A program made the translations under genes and the position numbers. The notes below the pieces were generated by a model. The model saw nothing but the letters and a program-made list of their open reading frames with translations, was not told where the DNA came from and ran no database searches. From assembly GCA_002633005.1 (NCBI GenBank), contig NMRA01000005.1, positions 372,686 to 415,111 of the forward strand: a DNA stretch of 42,426 bases, given 5' to 3'. Position 1 is the first letter of the stretch. Every line of letters starts with the position of its first letter. This stretch comes from Phoronis australis (Eukaryota > Animalia > Phoronida). Shown here piece by piece: positions 20,601 to 28,770 of this stretch.

Positions 20601-23600
20601 GATTAATTACAACAGCTTATAGGTGATGTTCGTACAATTATATGTGGGTAGCAGGTTCACAAGAGAATTACCTTCACCCCATTTGGCCCTGAGAATTAAT
20701 AAGTTGTTTTCACAAAGTTGGCAGATATGTATCTATTGTGAAATTAATAGGAACATCACTTCCAGACATCTAGTATTTGTTTTGATGTTTTGTTGAAGAT
20801 GTGAATTAATTAAAATTTATTGTCACTGACAATTAAACAGTTTTACAAAATGTGATTTTCCCATTCAACAGACTGGTTTTTCAATTTTCGTATTTTGTAA
20901 TACAAGAATCCTAAAGGAAGTAGATGACTTGCACTGCAGCATTTCTTAACATTACTGTTGTGTTGTTGCTCAATTGTTGAAAATTTGTTACTTTCCAGGG
21001 ATAGTCCACAAATGGTGCGTAAATTTGAACTTCAGCGTGGATTGAGCTTTGAGTAAGTTAACTTTGATCTTATGGCAAACAATGTTTTAACGCAACATTG
21101 GTTGATTTTAAAAGCTGCCATTTTGCTTACAAATTACTTAACAGTGTACTATTTAATGTTTTCTTGTTCCCTCTATGCATGCAATGTTAGTAACAGTTTA
21201 CTAAACATATCATCAGTGACATCATCATTAATGTCCTTGGTGATGTCATTGGTGATGTCATCAGTGACATCATCAAGAACCTACCTTTTCAGTGACATCA
21301 TCAATGATGCCATCTATGGTGTCATGAGTGGATTTAGGTAAAATGTCCACGCAATCATCTCACATAAAGGGGCATGCCTTTGAGCAGGGCTCCCCACTCT
21401 TTTGACAACTTGGAGTAGGGTCTTGTATATTAATATTATACTATTAGAAGGGTCCCACTTTTGAGGCCTGAAATTCAATTTCTTGCCTGTGTCATTTTGA
21501 TAAGAACAAGTCATTTTAAATTTTTGAGCTGTTAACTAGTTTAACATTTTGTTTTAGGATTGAAAATGTTCAGATTTTTTTAAGAAGAGACTTTGTCAGT
21601 TATGATTTGTGAGAAATAAATTAAAGACATTGACAGTTAATGTTTTATTTAGGGGTCCTTGGACCAGCGTGGGGAGTTTTGTCTGTGACCGACGGGGCTC
21701 CACAGACCCTAGGGATGCTGGGGCTCATCAGGAGTTCCACGGCTTCTGCGCAACCTCTCAGTACTGGAGACTGATGATCATCGACAACTATGGTGGCCAG
21801 TGCATCTGTTTCCAGGGTGTTCAGTTCTACGGCGCTGACTCAAGAGTCAACAAGTTTTTCTCTAATGCTGGCTTCCAAGATGTGGCTGATGACTTCATCA
21901 TAAAGGTTTGTTGTTTGAGCAAACTGCAATGAGTTCTCATTGACTCACTCGCTTGTGTGCGTGGCTTTTTAGTGCTGAACAATGTGATTCCATGAAGGTC
22001 CATGGAGTCTATTTGTTCTGGACACTATACATTACATATTGACATAGTAGTCAATATAAACTAGTCAGACTATATTGACAGGGACATACACCTGATTTAG
22101 TGAAAAGTATAAAACTAGACTATAATGTTGACAGACTAATACTGGGAAATATGAACTAGACTATATGGTTGACAGGGACATAGAGTTGCCTTAGTGGTAT
22201 ATATTAACTAGACTATATATTGTTCTGACAGCTGCTTTAAAGAGTAATCCTATCAAAAACATGTAGTGCAAAAAGAATCTGTTGATGACTTGTATCTACC
22301 TAGTATGTAGGTGTTGATGGGTTTACAGTAAAAGTCCAATGTCAAGTGAAGCAGCTATAAACTTCTAATCTTTTTATTCAGGGTTTAAGTTTTAAACTAT
22401 AAGCCTGATATCTAATGCTTGTTACAGGGCTATAACCATTACTCAGATCTGTTGACTGTGAAGGAGTCTGATGTGAACCAGCTTGTAAGTAAATGGTGCC
22501 GTTACCAAGGACTGTGGTGTGTCCATTGTTCCGCATACAATTCTTTATCAAAATTCAACCTACGGATCATGAATAATCATTATGACGACCTCTTGGTTCA
22601 TTGTAGAAAGTTAACATAAACATGTTGAAATTTCACTATCTTTGGCACATCATAACTCACACAGGAACTTGTCAATAAGGTTCTACATGTACATTGTTAA
22701 CCTTAACAAGATTGTTTTCATAGCGGGCAGACTCTGAGAAAATTGTGGGGCTCATCAACTCATTCAATTACTCATTGTGCTTCAGTCCATGAGGTCTTGG
22801 TATGAATAATTAAATGATAACCGTTACTTCACAGACGGGCTTACAGACCAAACAAAGTATTTTGAGTGGTATTAAGATAGGGATCTTTGCCACTGGTCCA
22901 GGTGATTTCAAAGGCCAGCTGTTTGATATGGCCACATGATTGTCTGCTCCAGGCACTGGCATGAGTGTGATCACTTTGTGAGAGACTACCCATCGTCTTT
23001 TGTTAATCATCCTTTCTTAACTCCCTCTCCACACTATTGTCACCAAACCTAGGTTCACTTTATTATTTGTTATTAATATTTTAGATCACTTCCAGCTCTG
23101 AGCAAGAGCGCCTACACCTAGCTCTAAAAGATTTGAAGCTTCGTCGTAAGTAATTAATGAAGCATCCTCACCAACAATTGCTCAACGTAGAGTAAAATGT
23201 TGCAGTTTCAAAAATCCTGCCATGGGAGCTTTTTCTGCTCTGCAGTTGAAACAAATTTCCAAAGAGATTTTCATTAATGTTTGCAAGGCGGCGTTTTTTT
23301 TTTTTTATTCAGCAAGAATATCTTACTAGGGTTTTTGTCTAATTTATCTGGTTTCTTTGAGTGCAATTTTGTTGGCCAGATAGTGCTACACATTGGCTCA
23401 AGCCATTTGTCTACTGTTTGCAGTTTGAATCCTTCACTGGCTGTGTTTTTACTGGACAAAATCTTGCATTGTTGACAGATTTGCCATTGTTTTACAATTT
23501 ATGATCATAATTCTAACAATTTGTGTACTGTGTGGTTCTTGTTTGGTTAATTTTAACCTTTTTGAATGTACACTTTGATTGCTGTATTCTTTTGTGGTAA

Positions 23601-26422
23601 CAAATTTACGGTGAAATTACGTGACTTATAGTTTGCAACATAAAGTTATGTAGGACACTGTAGAATAATGTTAAAATTTGGCTAACTTCGGAACAAGTCT
23701 CAGCAACTACTCATCGGATTCACATGAAACTTTCTGATGCAGCTATACTTTATCCCATTCTCCAAAACACTGAGGAAATTTTTTTGAAATGTCCCACCTT
23801 GGCATGAGAGCCAATCAAAGACAAAAGTTTTGTGGTTTTCATGAAAACAATTCAAAAGTTGCACAAAACAAAAACGAAATGATAATTTAGAGAACTGCAG
23901 CATTTTTGAGATTCCCTCTTGAACATTTATTATGCCAAATGATATTTTGTCATGTTGCTGATGTTGTTGCTATGAAATGAATGTACCTTTCATTCTTGCT
24001 AAATTTTACTAAAAATACAACCATGGTGACGTGCACAAATTAATGCCTGCTTGATAAAAGTCAAAAACCAAATTCTACCAACTTTTTACTTTCAGAAAAT
24101 ATAAAGTGAATTAAAATGTATAATTAATATGTAGTTTTGTAGTCTGACTTATCGATAAGGTCCTACATAACTTTAAATCTTACCGTGAAGTCTATGACTT
24201 ATCTCTCTAATATTGCTTTTCCCTTTGGTTTGTCTCAGGCTATCCACTAACAGTACTCAACTGGTTGAGAGTACCTGCACTGTTTACACGGGAGGGGGAG
24301 GTCCTACCTCAAGTGTCGGTGCAGGCAGATCCTGAAGTCAGTGAGCAACTCCAGTTGTCCATCCTGCGTGAGTTGTACTATACATTACTAAAATGGCCAG
24401 GATTGGTTACATGTTGCTGGTAACTTGGAGATGCAGTTCAAGATTAGAAAATATTGTCAGTCAAGCAAAAAATGCCTGGAATTTTATATTATATATATGC
24501 CAAGAAGCAACTTACAGAGAGTATCCAAAAAATTCTCCCAAACACAAATACGAATTTTGACAAAAGTCGATTTTACCGTTTTTTGGCAACTCAGCTTAGA
24601 TATCCTTCTGTATGTAGTCATGACATTGAGTCCACATAGTGTCTAGTTACAAGTGAACTGTGGACTAAAAAGGGAAAGTAACCATCTTTATGTTGCCTTT
24701 AGACACACATTTTCAGTGTTAATCATATTGTTCCCTTGGCGTTTATTTATTGCGAAATTAACAAAAGGTGATGTAAACGGCCCATCACCTTGGTTCTGTA
24801 TTCAGTTCCATTGAGCAAGCATGAATAACCAACACAGACTGTGTTCTATAGTTTGTGTTTGCTCAATGGAATGAATACAGAACCTAGATGCTCTTTTGTT
24901 GGGCTGTTCAAATAACTTTCTATTGTTCCACGGATGACAAATACACACCTGAGTTGCATAAAGCTTCAAAAGTTATCCACTGGATAAGTTTGATTGTTGC
25001 ATGATGTCAGGTGCATTGTTCAACAATAAAAACGCGACGCGTGATTATGCAACGTCATTGTTGCTGTACGGCGTATAACTTTATGCAACTGGGCCCAGGA
25101 AAACAGTAATAAATGTGGAAAAATATATCTTTACAATAACCCGGGATCTCTTTATTCTTACCATACTGCCTCGCCTTTCGACCCAATGGGGCTTACATCC
25201 AAAATGTTTGCCTTTTCGCGGCATTTTTCACCCAAATGGTTCGCATATTGGCGCATGCGCTCAGGCTGTGTCCCCTGTATAGGCCCATACATTAATTCGA
25301 TATTAGGTGCAACTGTTTTGACTACCACTGTGCCTCCTATTGGCATTTTTCACAATTGCCTCTGTCTATTTGGAGTACTTTGGCGTATTTTCAAAAGTTT
25401 GTATTACTATGGGCCCATAACCAAAATGTTGCATTTTTTGCAGCCTTTTTACCAAAGTGGTTCGCATATTCATTTGGCACACGCACACTGTTTCACGTAT
25501 AAGGCAGCGCAGTTCTGCACAGGCACCCATGGGTCTAATGGCGCGGGCAATACGGTACTAAAGGTATCAGGAACAGTTGTGTTCCCAAGTGCAAGATGAC
25601 ACCGACCAGTAATGAAGAAACTAGTATCCGACTTGTCAATTTTGTAGAAGAGTAACAATCTCATGATTTCCTTTTTATTTCAGCCACCCATGACTCGTCG
25701 AATGCCATGCCGTGTGTTGTCAAGGGCAACTGTAAAACATTCCTGGTTCCCAATGGTCCTAAAGATGTCTCTGTGGGCACATTCAACGACATCCGGTTAT
25801 GTACAGGTATGTTCCTGCTTTTTGTCTTCAGGACCATTTATGGCATTAGTTCATTGGCTTATTTTTTTATATTTTTGGTAGAAGACAATGCTCTAATAAA
25901 ATTCTTTTAATAGATTATACTTTACATTTCTTATTTTATCAATGGTTGTCAAAATGAATTTAAATGTTACCTTCCAGTTGGTAACTATTTGTTGGAGGTG
26001 CGCAGTATCAGGTTTCCCCAAGTGTATGTGAGGACCCTGGAGCCCCTTCAAGTGGGTGAGTATAGCTCAATCTGATGTTAACAAGTGATTACAATGACTG
26101 TAACTTATTTTGGAGAAATTGTTTCTTATGACCAGAGTGTGGTGACACAGGGTTTCACTTTTGTAATTTTTTTGTATTTGGCACGAATTTCATTTTCTTT
26201 ACCTAAATTGGTTTGCAAACTGGATCCCTTTGTCTAAAATCTGCAAGTAAATCATTTCATGGTACAGCAATCATTCAACATTGTCAATCATTCGCATCTT
26301 TGTCAAACAATGTGTCTTCCATCTTTTCAGTGGCTGGACCCAGAGACAGCAATGAAGTAGCAGCTGCTTTTGATGAACTCTCCTCCATGCTGGCTGACAT
26401 GTCCTCTTCACTGACCATGTGA
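11627..26422 (+). CDS. Uncharacterised ankyrin-repeat protein (ANKS1/Caskin-like N-terminus + discoidin/F5-8C-like + SAM-like + beta-rich domain), 19 coding exons, 661 aa
   Basis: 19 exons join in phase with GT-AG introns into a 1986-nt stop-free ORF. It starts MVKEEDLIKAVKANNIDKVEKL (cf. Caskin MGKEQELVQAVKAED) and has ankyrin motifs GYTPFMIA, GNTALHLA, GNTPLHIA, GHTPLDQA, GTCALHEA and GETAVDIA. Confidence 0.88.
12514..12679 (+). CDS. ANK gene exon 2 (KLYVK...MNVNCHEEETGYTPFMIAVLNG)
   Basis: ttttcag / GTACGT, phase 0/1. Confidence 0.88.
13119..13185 (+). CDS. ANK gene exon 3 (FREVALSLIYHCADISEVDNKG)
   Basis: tacag / GTAAGT, phase 1/2. Confidence 0.88.
13440..13620. repeat. 14-bp perfect inverted repeat enclosing about 150 bp (MITE-like)
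   Basis: gttacagatgtgac ... gtcacatctgtaac. Confidence 0.5.
13839..13957. repeat. Direct duplication, about 48 bp identical, 70-bp period
   Basis: agttggttggtattgtgtaatatatcactgtcatgcaatttattgttc occurs twice. Confidence 0.8.
14382..14457 (+). CDS. ANK gene exon 4 (NTALHLAVFTG...EAK)
   Basis: tttcag / GTGAGC, phase 2/0. Confidence 0.9.
14831..14926 (+). CDS. ANK gene exon 5 (INQANNDGNTPLHIA...KLLQ)
   Basis: ttgcag / GTAGGT, phase 0/0. Confidence 0.9.
16160..16625. repeat. Degenerate ~47-bp tandem repeat just upstream of ANK exon 6
   Basis: Recurrent ttgtttcattatacaatgtgaacattgtattctatgcatgtctccac. Confidence 0.75.
16654..16729 (+). CDS. ANK gene exon 6 (FGADLYAVNKSGHTPLDQAAVFGKQ)
   Basis: ttatag / GTTTGA, phase 0/1. 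Confidence 0.88.
17299..17482 (+). CDS. ANK gene exon 7 (EAASALID...GTCALHEAIRYER)
   Basis: ttccag / GTACTA, phase 1/2. Confidence 0.87.
17673..18086. repeat. ~32-bp minisatellite (GTGTAATTGTATGAGAGCTGCACACAGTGCTA)
   Basis: About 12 visible copies in ANK intron 7. Confidence 0.9.
18146..18279 (+). CDS. ANK gene exon 8 (AEVASILLLHGANPD...SQKSSMFLALIR)
   Basis: ttttcag / GTATGA, phase 2/1. Confidence 0.9.
18776..18853 (+). CDS. ANK gene exon 9 (linker, DGAQKPKQVP...QSSK)
   Basis: polypyrimidine tract + gtcag / GTGAGT, phase 1/1. Confidence 0.82.
18869..19017 (+). mobile_element. ~150-bp MITE, copy A (PIF/Harbinger-like)
   Basis: TIR ggacccagttgcataaaa ... ttttatgcaacccaacc; CTG at both flanks; second copy at 24947-25099. 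Confidence 0.8.
19659..19757 (+). CDS. ANK gene exon 10 (YPLLNNNLKW...SSCTAQNPNYNILDG)
   Basis: ttttcag / GTAATC, phase 1/1. Confidence 0.85.
20315..20417 (+). CDS. ANK gene exon 11 (NPKSFWVIP...WCVFDMG...AILGW)
   Basis: tttccag / GTAAGT, phase 1/2. Confidence 0.87.
20999..21052 (+). CDS. ANK gene exon 12 (DSPQMVRKFELQRGLSFE)
   Basis: tttccag / GTAAGT, phase 2/2. Confidence 0.85.
21208..21312. repeat. Short TCAGTGACATCA/TGATGTCA direct and inverted repeats
   Basis: catcagtgacatcatca and gtgatgtca recur in both orientations. Confidence 0.55.
21653..21905 (+). CDS. ANK gene exon 13 (GPWTSVG...SQYWRLMIIDNYGG...FIIK)
   Basis: tttag / GTTTGT, phase 2/0. Confidence 0.9.
22428..22484 (+). CDS. 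ANK gene exon 14 (GYNHYSDLLTVKESDVNQL)
   Basis: ttacag / GTAAGT, phase 0/0. Confidence 0.86.
23085..23145 (+). CDS. ANK gene exon 15 (ITSSSEQERLHLALKDLKLR)
   Basis: ttttag / GTAAGT, phase 0/1. Confidence 0.85.
23641..24175. mobile_element. ~530-bp MITE with 16-bp perfect TIR, Kolobok-like (TTAA-type flanks)
   Basis: taaagttatgtaggac (23641-23656) ... gtcctacataacttta (24160-24175); flanks ATAA/TTAA. Confidence 0.7.
24239..24367 (+). CDS. ANK gene exon 16 (YPLTVLNWLRVP...LSIL)
   Basis: tctcag / GTGAGT, phase 1/1. Confidence 0.86.
24792..24884 (+). other. Long intronic hairpin (about 34-bp stem)
   Basis: ggttctgtattca(g)ttccattgagcaagcatgaat pairs with gtttgtgtttgctcaatggaatgaatacagaacc. 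Confidence 0.75.
24947..25099 (-). mobile_element. ~150-bp MITE, copy B (reverse orientation relative to copy A)
   Basis: ggataagtttgattgttgcatgatgtcaggtgcattgttca...ggcgtataactttatgcaactgggccc is the reverse complement of copy A, with substitutions. Confidence 0.8.
25161..25555. mobile_element. Tc1/mariner (pogo/Tigger-like) MITE with TA TSD
   Basis: TA|ccatactgcctcgcctttcgaccca ... tgggtctaatggcgcgggcaatacgg|TA: imperfect TIR; internal repeats tgtt(t)gc..aatggttcgcatatt. Confidence 0.75.
25684..25806 (+). CDS. ANK gene exon 17 (THDSSNAMPCVVKG...DIRLCT)
   Basis: tttcag / GTATGT, phase 1/1. Confidence 0.85.
25978..26055 (+). CDS. ANK gene exon 18 (GNYLLEVRS...EPLQV)
   Basis: ttccag / GTGAGT, phase 1/1. 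Confidence 0.86.
26331..26422 (+). CDS. ANK gene terminal coding exon (AGPRDSNEVAAAFDELSSMLADMSSSLTM*)
   Basis: ttttcag acceptor, phase 1, TGA at 26420-26422. Confidence 0.85.
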
Positions 26423-27573
26423 TCAGGACATGATTCAGTGGACATGTCATCTTCACTGACAATGTGATCAGATTATGAGTCAGTGATTGGTTGTATGTGA
26501 AGAGTTCTACCTGCAGTAGCTAGTTGAATGGTGAACAATGTGTTTGATATTATGATGAACCTGTGAGCAGCTGTGGTATGGTCAGCTGGACTACTCTCTT
26601 CATTGCTGCCATTGTGTTAAACATATTTTACACCTACTGGAGTCATGCCAGTAGTCTGTGACACTTTTAATATGAACAACAAATAGTTCGATGCCTTGTT
26701 TGTCAAATTTCATCGCTAAGTCATAAAATGGAAATTGATGACTGAGGATACTCATAATTCGAATTGGTCATATAAACTAGGCATTCAATTTGCCGACCAA
26801 ATTGTTGACCGGAGAGGCGACTCAACTGATGACTCTTAGCAAACCGTTGCTGGTAGGCTGCTGGTCAGCTAGACCGGTCATTGACTGATTTTCGACCCGT
26901 CATGCAAAAATTCATAATGTGTGCTGTAGATATTAACACTCTGAAATACCTGTGTGTTTTCAGGACGATTATGAAATCAAAACATATTAAGTTTATTTAA
27001 TGGTAACCATTATTATTTACACAATGTATCCATAATGACATGAGTACTGTAGTGTCACTGTTACCAAGGTAATATAATGAGTAAAAAATGATCAAACGTC
27101 ATAAAGGATAATTTACTCGATGCGTATTAGGCAAAGTTGAATTTCAAGACTCTGAAGACTTTGTTTTCCATGCTCGGCAGCTTTACATTCCAGTTACACC
27201 TCTTCCGTGTCTTTAAGATTTATTGGCTTTTATTTTATTATTGATTTCATGTCTATATCCTGTTGAAAGTCTTCTGCAGCTGTATTCCTGTATTTTACAT
27301 TTTATCTGGTACACCACAAAATGTGAGTGTTAAGCTTGTGTATAAAGTATTGTTTCGAGTCCATTAAACAGGGTCATCATGTAGGTGCTTAATTATAATG
27401 CTTGCTTATTATCTTGAGTGTCATAATGTGGTTTGTATAATCGGTAGCAACTAAAGCTTTGTGTGTCATTTCATTCAATGGAAAACTGTAAACTAGGACG
27501 CAACATAATGGACCTCCAGGTTTTTAGCATGAGAATGTGGATTGAATGAAATTGCAGGCAATATTTGAGTGTA

Positions 27574-27863
27574 ACTGTATTGTACTGTCTGGTCATAAAA
27601 AGACTGTATCGTACTGTCTGGTCATAAAAAGACTGTATCGTACTGTCTGGTCATAAAAAGACTGTATCGTACTGTCTGGTCATAAAAAGACTGTATCGTA
27701 CTGTCTGGTCATAAAAAGACTGTATCGTACCGTCTGGTCATAAAAAGACTGTATCGTACCGTCTGGTCATAAAAAGACTGTATTGTACTGTCTGGTCATA
27801 AAAAGACTGTATTGTACTGTCTGGTCATAAAAAGACTGTATTGTACTGTCTGGTCATAAAAAG
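27574..27863. repeat. 29-bp tandem repeat, 10 copies (ACTGTATYGTACYGTCTGGTCATAAAAAG)
   Basis: Near-perfect head-to-tail copies with no spacers. Confidence 0.97.
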
Positions 27864-28537
27864 GAACATTTTAACATGGAATTCATTGGGGGCACCATTA
27901 TATGAAAGAATTGAAATTAATTAAAAAAATTTAGAGGTTCTTAGCCTCGTGTTAAGCAATACCTTAATTTATTTAAGGCTGTGTTGTAGTAAAATTTGTG
28001 TATATTCATTTGTTATATGGTAGTACTACTCTTATTCATGTTTACACAACAAATATACACAGGGAACTATTTTGATATTTTGTCTATAAACCAGTGCCAC
28101 GTTTTCTAATAGCACTGACATTGAGCTAATGAGTCTAATTTATAAAAATTTTGTTGTTTCTGTTGTGTTATGTACTGAGCTATGCATATCAGTTCACAAT
28201 CATATCAGTTCCTCATGTTGCGCAATGTTTTATTGCCCTGTTGTTTTATGTAACTGTTGGTGTTTAACTAGGTTATCTTCACTGTTTCAGCACACTAATC
28301 CTTTGGTTAATAAACACACACGCACGCACGCACACACGGTAGTTTTTGTATAATTATGTAAACTTTGTAAATTACTCATCCACTGACCTGTCTTGTTTAT
28401 AACTACAGGTTGTATATTGACATCTGTTGATATTCAAGTGTTAAGTTTATGTATCCAAACATGCCAATCATATCTCAGGTCTGATGGTCATAATATATAC
28501 GGCATAAAAATGGTAGCTCGAAACCACCTGAAGTACA

Positions 28538-28770
28538 GGGGCTCGTTCCAAAAAAAATGACTTACATACCCAAGACAAATTTTACAGTCAATTTTAAGAT
28601 AAAATTTAACTTGTCTCAAGAAAAAGGTCTTAAGCTTGACTTAGAATTTTGGCCTACGTAAGTTTTGTCTTAATTTTGACTTAACGTACCGGATGTGGAA
28701 GTTGAGACCAATCAGACTTAAGTTAAAATTGAACATCAGTTTTTTGGTACTTCTGACTTAATCCCAGTCA
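28538..28770. mobile_element. Partial MITE-like element rich in CTTAAG/GACTTAA
   Basis: Starts ggggctcgttccaaaaa and has repeated (ga)cttaa(g) words; no matching right TIR found. Confidence 0.35.

Noticed and set aside
25186-25599. 137-aa ORF as a transposase or nested gene
   Set aside because: Lies within a ~400-bp MITE, has no DDE or HTH motifs and is far too short.
27574-27863. 29-bp repeat array as a CRISPR array
   Set aside because: Units are head-to-tail with no unique spacers.
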